A stretch of 64,000 nucleotides of DNA from NCBI GenBank assembly GCA_965243135.1, contig OZ251539.1:2272001-2336000 (forward strand). Direction: 5' to 3'. This stretch comes from Alphaproteobacteria bacterium (GTDB lineage: Bacteria; Pseudomonadota; Alphaproteobacteria; MPNO01; UBA830). Shown in pieces: positions 30,299 through 40,003 of this stretch; position 1 is the stretch's first letter, and each line of letters starts with the position of its first letter. A program made the position numbers and the translations under genes. Under the pieces are notes generated by a model. That model searched no databases, was not told where the DNA came from, and worked only from the letters and a program-made list of their open reading frames with translations.

Positions 30299-30660
30299 TA
30301 CCGGGCACGGACTCTGACCGAATATTGCTGGCGCACATTCTCAAGTGCATGGATCGTATTCGGAACTACACGTATGGACAGCGGGAAACGTTCTATAATT
30401 CGCATATGGTGCAAGATGCAGTGGTGCGTAATTTACAAATTCTTGCAGAGTCGACGCAGCGGCTGAGCAAATCGCTCAAAGCTACCGAGCCCGCCGTGCC
30501 GTGGAGCGCGATCGTCGGCTTTCGCAACATATTAACCCACAACTATCTTGGGATTGATCTGGACGCAGTCTGGAGTGTAGTCGAAACGGATTTGCCGCAG
30601 TTGAGGTCAGTGATCGAACGAATGTCGCAGGCGCTTGCTGCGACCGAAGATCGTTCGTGA
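30295..30660 (+). CDS. hepT: HEPN (DUF86) RNase toxin
   Basis: QDAVVRNLQILAES, VPWSAIVGFRNILTHNY (Rx4H), GTGA coupling to MNT. Confidence 0.9.
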   Translation: MIPGTDSDRILLAHILKCMDRIRNYTYGQRETFYNSHMVQDAVVRNLQILAESTQRLSKSLKATEPAVPWSAIVGFRNILTHNYLGIDLDAVWSVVETDLPQLRSVIERMSQALAATEDRS

Positions 30661-31240
30661 ACGATCTCCCTTGGCGAACCGAAGTAACTGCGAATAGAAT
30701 TGACTTGTCAGGAAACAGCGACTGTATCTTGGTGATGACCGTCGGAACCGGGGATCTGGCGGCTAGAAGAAGCTTTCTTTGCGTCCCTGCGGAACTCAAT
30801 CGCAACCACGCTCGAACTCAGATGAGCCTGCTGCCGTCGCAGGCGACCGAGGCTTCCGTGGAGATTCTACGGAGCGGAGAACGTAACGCTGCTGTCCGAT
30901 CGATCCCCGAAGGTAACGAAAACGACGAGGACCGCGTTTACGCTCACCTTGACTCGGTCCTCGCCGAAGCGCCGCGGGAAACCCCTTCAGAGAGCGTCGC
31001 AATGGATTTCACGCACGGCGACAAGGCCATGAGCGTCGGATTGGTTCTGGCTGACGCGAGAACGCCGCAGTTGCGCTGCGTCGCGGGGCGACGCGACGAC
31101 CGCAAGATCGTCATGGCGGTTTGGAAGAGGCCAGAGGAGTTCGGACAACCGTCGGCGCCTGTCATCGACGGCTCGACATGGCGCGTGCATTGTGGACGTC
31201 TCGTGGCCGCGGACGCGGAGCGCCCGGCTGGCCGAACTGC
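30657..31240 (+). pseudogene. Eroded CARF-domain gene (TIGR02710/Csx1-like N-terminus)
   Basis: ILVMTVGTG beta1 motif and MDFTHGDKAMSVGLVLA (D.T.G.K.MS); apparent continuation EEARGVRTT..HRRLDMARAL in another frame. Confidence 0.65.
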
Positions 31241-32521
31241 GACAAGGCGGGCGCAACCGCCCCTGTCCCCGAACGGAAAGCGCCGCTTGAGTCATCGCTA
31301 GCGCGAGGATGCGCATGCGCCAAGCCTGCCGCATGTCAAGGCCGTTCGCTCAGACAAGGTTGTTCCACTGTGGTCCCGTTTCTGGAAACCTCGAGCCGGA
31401 TGGCACGGCGAAGCCGACCGTGCCCAAAAAAATTGAGCCTCCTGCACTATGCTTTACGCTCCCGTATAATCTCCGACCCGTCGGAGAGGAGGGGGATGGC
31501 GATGAACGATGGACCGCAGTTTTCCGGAAAGACAGTGGCGGAGATCGTGGGAACTGCCTTTCCGCGCGCGAAGTCAACGGCTTTCCGATCGATTGACCGG
31601 ATTTCGCCGCGAACCGTGCGTAAGAACGAAGCTGCTTCTCGAACCTATGCCGTGAACGCCGCGGCAACCCGCGTCGCGATTGCCGCAACCATCGAAGAAT
31701 CGACGGGAACCAGCCAGCGATGATTTCACATGTCCTACTTGCGTAAGAGACTTTTGCATCTCATTCCGGTATTCTTTCTGGTAACGTTTGCCAGCTTCAT
31801 GCTCGTCAACTTTCTGCCGGGCGATGTCGTCGATACCATCCTGGCTGACGACGATGCTGCCAATGATCCCGAACTGCGTCGTCAGATAGAGCTCGATCTG
31901 GGTCTCGATAAACCGCTTATCGTTCGCTACGCGTTGTGGTTGGGCGATCTGCTTCAAGGCGACTTGGGGCGATCCTACATTACCGGCAAGAAAATTAGCG
32001 ATCTATTGCTGCAACGCGTTCCGGTAACCGTTCAATTAATGGTTATGGCGCTGACTTTCGCCTTTCTGTTGGCGTTGCCGTTGGGCGTGCTATGCGCTTT
32101 TCGAAGCAACCGCGTCATTGATCGATGCATTTCGGCCGTCGCGTTTGGAATCGTGGCAACGCCGCCGTTCGTAATGGCGATCATGTTTGTCTGGGCGTTC
32201 GCCGTCGTTCTGAAAATTTTACCGGCCGCCGGACATGCTCCTCTGTTCCTGGGCGTCTGGGAAAACGTGAGTAAGCGTTCGGTCGTGGGGTGGCGACGTT
32301 GAGGCCTGCCTCCAGGCAGGGGCTTCAACCAGACGTCCTTGACCGGGAGGGCGCGTTCGTTTCGGGTACTGCCGCGGCCTACGCCGCCCCTCTGGTTGGC
32401 ACCCGGCAACAGGTTTCTCGCGAAGTCCCGGAGAGTAAGCGTTCGGTTGCGAAGCGGGCTGTCGAGCCAGGCGAATCGCCCAGGCCTGGACACTCTTCTT
32501 TTGTTCTTGTATACGGCTGCC

Positions 32522-34168
32522 ATGGCGGTCGAATCTGCACGCACGCTTTCCGGGACCGAGCTGTCGGGCGACGGCCAAGCTCTGGCTGCGGCATGCCGAG
32601 CGAATGCGGCTCTCTGCCAGGCGCTGGAAAGCGCACTCGATAAAGCGGAGAAGTTTCGCCGCGACGCCGAGAGGTGGCAGGGAGCTTTCCACCGGGCGAT
32701 GGCGCTGATTAGAATCCTGAAAAAGAGACGCGAGGCGCCGCCCCGAGAGACGGCAGAGAACGAGAGTCTGAAGTCCCGCAGCCGCAGGTTTGCCCGGGAG
32801 TTGTTCGGGCGCCGCAGCGAGCGGCAGCCTACGGCAACCGGTCGACGCCGGGGGCGCAGTCAGGGAACGCCGTCGCACGGCCGCACGCCGCACCCCGAGC
32901 TGCCCGTTCGCGAGGAGGAGTCGCTTCCGGACGAGCGCACGTGTCCGGACTGCGGCAAGGCCTGGGTCTCGAACGGTTGGAAGGACACGGATCTCATCGA
33001 GACCAGGACCGTCACCTATGTCCGGAGGATTCGACGGAAGCGGCTGCGCCCGACCTGTACCTGCCGACCGGAAAAGGAGGCCGTCGGCCCGGCTCCGGCG
33101 CGGCTGTTTCCGAACACTCGGTACGGAGTTTCCGTCTGGGCGTACGTCCTGGCGGAGAGGTACGGCCTGCACCGTCCGTTGCGCTCGGTCTGCCGCGCGC
33201 TGGGTCAGCACGGGCTTGCCATTGCGCCCGGCACGTTGGCGGACGCTCAGCGGGGATTCCTGCGACTGTTCGAGCCGCTCGACGATGAGATCTCCCGGCG
33301 CCTGTCGGAGGCGCCGGTCGTTCACGGCGACGAAACAGGGTGGTGGATACGGGAGTTGGGCGAAGAAGACGGCGGCAACGCTCGCGCCTGGGCATGGATC
33401 GCCCGGTCGGCGGACGCGGTTCGCATCGTTATTCTGCCGTCGCGCAGCGCGGAAGCCGCCCTTGAACTGTTCAGGGGGCTCGGCTCGCCCGAACAGGCGG
33501 CTCACCTGGTCTGCGACCGCTACTCCGCCTACCGGAAGCTGGCGCGCGTCATGGAAGGGTGCATCGTCCTTTCATATTGTTGGGTCCATGCCAGACGGGA
33601 CTTCATCAACCTTGAGACCGGCTACCCGAACCTCGCGAAGTTCGCCCAAAAATGGCTTCGTCACATTGCGGCATTGTACCGACTCAACGCCAGGCGTCTG
33701 GCGTGTCCGGGCAACGCCGCCGCCCAGCGGCGGCTCGCGAGATTCGCCGGAGCGTTCTTCGCGGCGGCGAAAAAGGCACGGGACGCGCTTCCGGAGAGCG
33801 CGGCGCAACGCGGCCCTCTGGACTCCCTGCTACGCCACCGCGACGGCCTGACAGTGTTCGTCGACAACGCAGACGTTCCCATGGACAACAACCCCGCCGA
33901 ACGCGGCCTGCGCGGCCTCGCGATCGGCCGGAAGCTCTCGTTCGGGTCGCATAGCGTGGACGGAGCGCAGTTGGCGGGCATGCTCTATTCCATCTTCGGC
34001 ACGCTCGAGATGGCCGGCGTCTCGCCGTACCGCTGGCTACTCGGTTATCTCGATGCCTGCGCCCGGCATCGCGGTCCGCCGCCCGAAGGCCCTGCTGCCT
34101 GGCTGCCGTGGGGCGCAGGCGAGGAGCGTCTCCGCTCCTGGCGTCCCGCTCTCCCCCAAGGACCGTGA
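32522..34168 (+). CDS. tnpC: IS66 family DDE transposase
   Basis: Coiled coil then LFGRRSE, zinc finger CPDCG, VHGDETGW, LVCDRYSAY, CWVHARRDF, MDNNPAERGLR. Confidence 0.93.
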   Translation: MAVESARTLSGTELSGDGQALAAACRANAALCQALESALDKAEKFRRDAERWQGAFHRAMALIRILKKRREAPPRETAENESLKSRSRRFARELFGRRSERQPTATGRRRGRSQGTPSHGRTPHPELPVREEESLPDERTCPDCGKAWVSNGWKDTDLIETRTVTYVRRIRRKRLRPTCTCRPEKEAVGPAPARLFPNTRYGVSVWAYVLAERYGLHRPLRSVCRALGQHGLAIAPGTLADAQRGFLRLFEPLDDEISRRLSEAPVVHGDETGWWIRELGEEDGGNARAWAWIARSADAVRIVILPSRSAEAALELFRGLGSPEQAAHLVCDRYSAYRKLARVMEGCIVLSYCWVHARRDFINLETGYPNLAKFAQKWLRHIAALYRLNARRLACPGNAAAQRRLARFAGAFFAAAKKARDALPESAAQRGPLDSLLRHRDGLTVFVDNADVPMDNNPAERGLRGLAIGRKLSFGSHSVDGAQLAGMLYSIFGTLEMAGVSPYRWLLGYLDACARHRGPPPEGPAAWLPWGAGEERLRSWRPALPQGP

Positions 34169-35037
34169 GCGGCAGCCCCCGCCGCTACTGCGGGCGCGAC
34201 TTCTCCGAGGACGAGGTCGACATGATCCGCGGCCTGATCGCGAGGGGCGGCCTCCACCGCCGGGCGCTGTCGCGGGAGGTCTGCCGCCGCCTCGACTGGC
34301 GCAAGCCCGACGGCGGCCTAAAGGATATGAGCGCGCGCGTCGCCATGTTGCGCATGCATCGCGACGGCGTGATCGTCTTGCCGCCGCCAAGGCGCGCGCC
34401 GGTCGTCCGCCGTCCGCTCGTGCCCGGTCCCGCGACCGACAGGCCCCCGTTCCCGACCCCCGAGCGTCTCGCCGATATCCAACCCGTCGCCGTTGAGCCC
34501 GTCCGGAACGCGGGCGAAGGCCGCCTCTGGAACGAGTTCGTCGCTCGCTACCACTATCTCGGCTATTCGACGCTGCCCGGCGCGCAGATGCGATACTTCG
34601 TTCGGGCCGCCGGAGGCGAACCCCTCGCCGTCCTCGGCTTCGGCGCCGCGGCCTGGAAGATCGCGCCGCGGGACAAGCTTGTCGGGTGGGATCCCGAGAC
34701 CCGCCGCCGCAACCTGCCTCTCGTGGTCAACAATGCAAGGTTCCTGATCTTGCCGTGGGTCCGGATCAAAAACCTCGCGTCCTGCATCCTTGCCATGGTT
34801 GAATGTCGCCTGCCCGACGATTGGGAAGGCCGCTACGCGTTGCGCCCGGCCCTGATGGAGACCTTCTGCGAGAGCACGCGCTTCGAAGGAACCTGCTACC
34901 GGGCCGCCAACTGGACCAAGGTCGGCAAAACGCAGGGCCGCGGCAAGCTCGATACCCGGAAAGAACGCGCTCTCCCGGTCAAGGACATCTGGCTGAAACC
35001 CCTGCGCCGGGACTGGAGGCGGCTCCTCAATGAATAG
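34165..35037 (+). CDS. DUF4338 / Druantia DruA-like protein
   Basis: LSREVCRRLDWRKPDG, WNEFVARYHYLGY, VVNNARFLILPWV..KNLAS, ETF....FEGTCYRAANW..VG.TQGRGK; GTGA overlap with tnpC stop. Confidence 0.88.
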   Translation: MSGSPRRYCGRDFSEDEVDMIRGLIARGGLHRRALSREVCRRLDWRKPDGGLKDMSARVAMLRMHRDGVIVLPPPRRAPVVRRPLVPGPATDRPPFPTPERLADIQPVAVEPVRNAGEGRLWNEFVARYHYLGYSTLPGAQMRYFVRAAGGEPLAVLGFGAAAWKIAPRDKLVGWDPETRRRNLPLVVNNARFLILPWVRIKNLASCILAMVECRLPDDWEGRYALRPALMETFCESTRFEGTCYRAANWTKVGKTQGRGKLDTRKERALPVKDIWLKPLRRDWRRLLNE

Positions 35038-35497
35038 GCCATCACCCCACGACCGAACGCTTACAAACGTGAAGCACTTCATTTTGCCGATGCTGGCTAT
35101 CGGATTAGGCGAAGTGCCCATATTCCTGCGCGTTCTGCGGGTCGACATGATTTCGACATTGCAGGAGGACTATATCGCGCTGGCCAAGGCCAAAGGCCTT
35201 TCCACGGGCCATATACTATTTCGACACGCATTGCGACCTTCCTCGTTTACGCTCGTTACCGTGCTCGGATTGCAAGTCGGCCGATTAATCAGTGGACTTG
35301 TGATTACCGAGAACATTTTTGCATTGCCCGGCATAGGAAAGCTGTTGATCGACTCAATAGATGCTCGCGACGTTCTAGTGGTTCAAGCCATAGTGACGTT
35401 CTCGGCCATAGCTTACGTCGCCATCAATCTGAGCGTCGATTTTCTCTACGCAGTTCTGGACCCTCGCGTGAACCGACGAACGAAAGGCGCTTGAAAT

Positions 35498-36391
35498 ATG
35501 GTCAGGCTCGTTCGGAGCAGGCCGCGCGCGACTCGCGACAAGCGCGCCGAAACGAAAATTCCGGATCCATGGTGGGTGCGCGTTGGCCCCATGTTTTGGC
35601 TCGGGCTCTGTTGGCTGGTCCTAATTTGCCTGAGCGCGGCGCTTGCGGATGTTCTGCCGATAGACGATCCGCTGAGCACCAACCTCGACAAGCAGTTTTT
35701 GCCTCCATACTCGGACGGGCATCTTCTTGGTACGGACCACGTCGGACGAGACATGCTGTCCCGCGTTATTCATGGCGCGCGCATTTCCCTGCAGTTGGCC
35801 TTCACATCGCCGTTCCTTAGCCTGGTTATTGGACTCGCTCTCGGACTGTCGGCAGGGTATTTTCGCGGTCGCGTCGATTCCGTCGTCAGCGTATTCACTG
35901 ATTCCATTTTGGCGTTTCCCAATATCGTCGGAGTTATGGTTGTCCTGTTCTTCTTCGGACCCAGCCTTACCGTCATGATATTGGCCTTGGCCTTTTTTGG
36001 CATTCCTGCGGAGGTAAGAGTCGCGCGAGCGAACACGATTCTGTTTTCCGAGCGCGAGTTCGTCATGGCGGCGCGCGCCCAAGGCGCTTCAGGCTTTCGG
36101 ATTATGGCCCGCGAACTGCTCCCGAACGTGATTTTGCCCATGCTTTCTTTAGTGTTATTCGGCATGTCCATCGTCATTATCATAGAAGGCGCGCTCGCTT
36201 TTCTCGGTGTCGGCTTTCCTCCGCCTACTCCCACATGGGGCAAAATGATCGCCGACGGCTTCGACGAAATCTCCAGAGCGCCCCACGTCACCTTCGTTCC
36301 GTCCGCATTTATGTTCCTGACGATCCTGTCGTTGAACATGGTCGGCGACAGCCTCCGGGCGCTCACCGACGTCAAGGCGAGCGCCGTCTGA
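35498..36391 (+). CDS. ABC transporter permease (DppC-like)
   Basis: HLLGTDHVGRDMLSRVIHGARISL, EFVMAARAQGAS, PPTPTWGKMI. Confidence 0.92.
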   Translation: MVRLVRSRPRATRDKRAETKIPDPWWVRVGPMFWLGLCWLVLICLSAALADVLPIDDPLSTNLDKQFLPPYSDGHLLGTDHVGRDMLSRVIHGARISLQLAFTSPFLSLVIGLALGLSAGYFRGRVDSVVSVFTDSILAFPNIVGVMVVLFFFGPSLTVMILALAFFGIPAEVRVARANTILFSEREFVMAARAQGASGFRIMARELLPNVILPMLSLVLFGMSIVIIIEGALAFLGVGFPPPTPTWGKMIADGFDEISRAPHVTFVPSAFMFLTILSLNMVGDSLRALTDVKASAV

Positions 36392-36427
36392 GCTAGGGTC
36401 GCCGGAATCGCGAAATTCCTGTCGGCG

Positions 36428-37996
36428 TCAATGAACGGTCGCGGCGTAATCCTTCTCGACGAGCGGTCCCGCGTTGTGCACGATCCGGCCTCCGACCACG
36501 GTCAAAATCGCTGTAATGCGCCGAATGTCCTCGTCTGGCACGGATTGTTCGTCAAAATAGTCATCGCTCAAAACTACCAAATCTCCATATTTTCCGACCG
36601 CGATTCCACCCATATTTTTCTCTTCCTTGCAAAACCAGCCTTGGGTCGTAGTCCAAATGCGGAGAATTTCCTCTCGACTGATCGTTTGCTCGGGATTGAT
36701 CAACTTGCCCGTATAGTTTCTGCCGGTCACGGCGTAGAACAACATCACCCACGGGTTCATCGTCGATATGCGCGCGCCGTCCGAACCGCCCCCCATGCGG
36801 ACGCCGCTGTTCATGATCATGCGAAACGGCGGATTGCCCGGCGGATTCGAATGGTCTCCCAGATAGGGCGAGGAGTGCGAACTGATGCCGACGCCCAATC
36901 CGATCGCGCGCTTCAGGGTTTCTTGATCCAGACCGTAGCAATGGTCCATCGACCAGTTCAGATCGGCCAGTTTTACCGTTCCGTTCACTTCTTCCCACAC
37001 TCGCAAGTGTTCTTTCTGCTCGGCCAGGCTGATGAGATGCTGCTTGTATATCCACCCTCGTTCGGCCACGGAGCGCACAGAATCCGTATAGAAATCCGGC
37101 AGCGGCTGCTTGCGCTGCAATTTGTTCGGAATGAGCCACTCGCCAATGCCCACGATCCGCACGACATCGTTGCCGAATTCATTGAAAGTATAGTCGAGCC
37201 GGGACATCAGATCCGGCAGCGCGGCGTCCGTGTCGAGCACCGGCAGAAAAATCCGGACCCGCATGGGTACGCGATCTTCCCGCATCAGCTCCATGAGGGG
37301 GTTGTATCCCTGCGCCGGATCCAGCCAACCGCCGGCAGGAATCGTACCGCCCATGTCGAACGCGTTGGTAAGCCCCATGGAAAGAGCGAAATTCATCTGA
37401 TCCGTCGTTTGGCGGAGCGTATCTTCATGACCGTGAAGCGCGCTCAATGCCTCCCACGCCGCCACGGTATCCTTGCCCTTCGCGACGACGCCGTCCTCTC
37501 CGACCGGCACGCCGCGCTCCCGAAGGAGGCGTCCGGCAAGAGTGTTGGTCGCTCCCGGACCCCAGTTGGAAATGGACAAATAGACGGGGTGATTGGGCGC
37601 GGCGTCATCCAGTTCAGCCAATGACGGGTAGCGGCCTTCGACAAACTGTCCGGGATGAATTCCGCCGAGAGCGCTCAGCAACTCTCCTTCGGGCGCCGCC
37701 CGGGCGCGCGCTTCGATCACGGATAGCGCGTCGCCGACCGAGAACGCGGTTTCCAGGAGCCGCATGTCATGGCCGGGCAGCAAGCCGGTACGCAAAAAAT
37801 GAATATGGTTATCGATCAAGCCGGGAATCACGGTCTTGCCTTGAAGGTCGACCGTTTTGGCGTCCGGCCCCCTGGGCTTGACGTCGTTGCCGACCGCGGC
37901 AAACCGGCCGCCCTCGATGGATACCGACGAAACAACGGTATTCTTGTCGTCCATAGTGTGGATCCTGCCGTTCGTCAGGATCAATTCATGGAGCAT
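36428..37996 (-). CDS. Amidohydrolase (Amidohydro_3/YtcJ-like)
   Basis: NGRIHTMD, DLQGKTVIPGLIDNHIH, GGSD, GGIAVGKYGDLVVL, LTVVGGRIVH. Confidence 0.88.
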   Translation of the reverse strand: MLHELILTNGRIHTMDDKNTVVSSVSIEGGRFAAVGNDVKPRGPDAKTVDLQGKTVIPGLIDNHIHFLRTGLLPGHDMRLLETAFSVGDALSVIEARARAAPEGELLSALGGIHPGQFVEGRYPSLAELDDAAPNHPVYLSISNWGPGATNTLAGRLLRERGVPVGEDGVVAKGKDTVAAWEALSALHGHEDTLRQTTDQMNFALSMGLTNAFDMGGTIPAGGWLDPAQGYNPLMELMREDRVPMRVRIFLPVLDTDAALPDLMSRLDYTFNEFGNDVVRIVGIGEWLIPNKLQRKQPLPDFYTDSVRSVAERGWIYKQHLISLAEQKEHLRVWEEVNGTVKLADLNWSMDHCYGLDQETLKRAIGLGVGISSHSSPYLGDHSNPPGNPPFRMIMNSGVRMGGGSDGARISTMNPWVMLFYAVTGRNYTGKLINPEQTISREEILRIWTTTQGWFCKEEKNMGGIAVGKYGDLVVLSDDYFDEQSVPDEDIRRITAILTVVGGRIVHNAGPLVEKDYAATVH

Positions 37997-38050
37997 GTCG
38001 ATTTCCCGCTTGGCGCCGGGGCCCGGTCGCCCCGGCATCCATCTTCGAGG

Positions 38051-39618
38051 TTAGTCTTCCACCCAAAGGCGGTGCGCATCGAAAGTGTAGCCGAAAGGCT
38101 TCTTCACCCCCTTTACGCGGTTACGGTACGCTATGTGCATCAGGGGGTGGTCGTAGACGATCATCGCCGCTTCGTCCGCGAGAACCTGCTGATACTCGCA
38201 GCTCGCCTCGTAACGGCTGTCCCGGTCGGTCGTCGCCTGGAGTTTCTCCACCGCCGCGTCGATCCGCGGATTCTTGAGATGGAACTGTCGGCTCGACGGA
38301 TGCTTCGAATGAAAGCGCGTCGCAACGAGACTCGGGTCCGCGTTGGAAAAATTCTCGACGAAGGTGAAGATGTCGAATTTTCCGCCGAGCAGCGGCCGGA
38401 TGAAACCGGGCCCCCGCGGTCCGGCTTTCTGAGTCGCCGAAATACCTATTCTACGCCACATGTCGATCATCGCGGTGACCGTCTTTTCCGCCCACGCATC
38501 GGGAAAGTGATCGACGTTGAAGGTTACGGGCTTGCCCGTTTCCTTGACGTATTCTTCGATCAGCGCTTTGGCCTTGCCTGGATCGTACTCTGGCCATTTG
38601 ACCTCGGGACATGCCCACGGATGCCCGTCTCCGTACATGTCGTTTTCGGCGCGATCCCGGCAAATCCCGGTATGCGCGCAGGTGATCTTTTGCCGATCAA
38701 GAGCATGAATGAGCGCCTTCCGCACCCGAATGTCGTTGAAGGGCGGCTTCGAATGATTGAAGCCGATCGCCTGGCCCACGGACAGTCTCGGCCCCGAAAC
38801 CACCTTGATATCGGGGTCTTTCTCAAGATCCGGAATGAATCCCCTGGTGACGTACATGATGTCCAGGTCGCCCGCCTTCAGGGCGTTAACCCGATTGACT
38901 TCCGGCGGGATGAACAGAAAAGTCAATTCGTCGAGATGCTGCGCGTCCTTATTCCAGTAATGCGGGTTGCGAACCAACCGCACGTAAGCGCCGTCGCGCC
39001 ACTCCTTGAGCATGTACGGACCCGCTCCTACCGGCATTTGGTTGAATTCCGGCTTGGCCTGGTTTTCCATCAGATATTTCGGCGCGGTGATCCACCACGA
39101 CATATTCGGCTGCGCCGCCATGTCCTTGAAACCCGGATTGGGAATCTTGAACTTGAAGTCGACGGAATAAGCATCGACTTTTTCAACGCCAATCAAATGA
39201 GGCCCCATGAGACGACGATAACGTCCAGCGAACCGGCCATTCTTTCCGGTCAAAAGGCGCGTAAAATGCGTTACGTAGGCATCCGCGTTCAAATCCTCTC
39301 CGTTGGAAAATTTTATCCCTTTCGCCGATCGTCGCTTGGCGTCGCCGAAAGCGCCTGGACCGGCTTTATTTCATGCGTGTCGCCGTCCACCTCGAACATT
39401 CGTTCATAGATCGCCTGCAAAATGTATTGACGAAAATGAGCGAAGCTAAGAACCCGGAAATTGTCGAAACCGGCAACGTCTTGTTGCAGGCCTACGACAA
39501 GCTTGCCGCCGCGGTTGGGCGTTTCCGCAGCCGCGGTCTCTTTCGCCGCGATCAACCCGGCGATCATGGTCAAAGCGGCAGCCACGACGTAGTTATGAAG
39601 CTTTCGTCTCTTGATCAT
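38051..39618 (-). pseudogene. Peptide ABC transporter substrate-binding protein (family 5), frameshifted near 39320
   Basis: Signal peptide + PNRGGKLVVG in 39313-39618; shifts frame at SDDRRKG* into KGIKFSNGEDLNADA...PVGAGPY...PPFNDIRVRKAL. Confidence 0.85.
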
Positions 39619-40003
39619 ATCGCGTTCCTCCGTTGAGTGCTTGCGGGCCGGCTCGTTTCTTCATTGTGCAGTTGCGCCGGATCCGCCTTCCAGAGTGCTT
39701 TCGAATGCTCGGAAAGTCTACAGCGTCGTCAGAATTCTCCATCATCGCTTCCCCGTAGGCGACAACTCTCCCCGTCTCGACAGCGCCTGTCAACCGCGGC
39801 AGGCAACCGGCGTCGGCCTGTCAGCTCCGCGCCCCCCCGAGAATTTTCGACGAACCCGTCCGGCGCCGGGACGCGCAAACGGCGTCTTGGAGATACGGTC
39901 CTTTCGGCGGTCGGCGCAATGCCCTATACCCACGCAAACAAGCCGAACGCCTTGGGGAACCTGCCGCGACGTTCGCCGCCGCGCAGCGGAAGCATGCATT
40001 GGG

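Larger units (their letters stand above)
32271..35064 (+). mobile_element. IS66-family element (TnpC + DUF4338 passenger), 2794 bp
   Basis: Perfect 22-bp TIRs GTAAGCGTTCGGTCGTGGGGTG; 8-bp TSD AAACGTGA at 32263-32270 and 35065-35072; extra internal end GTAAGCGTTCGGTTGCG at 32435. Confidence 0.95.
31730..35494 (+). pseudogene. ABC transporter permease (DppB-like) split by IS66-type insertion
   Basis: 5' part 31730-32270 (LPGD, LGLDKP, GDLGRS) and 3' part 35073-35494 (EDYIALAKAKG, ITENIFALPGIG) rejoin at WENVKHFILP after removing the element and one TSD. Confidence 0.92.

Noticed and set aside
34165-35037. Complete Druantia defence system
   Set aside because: Only a DruA-like gene, inside an IS; no DruE helicase or other dru genes
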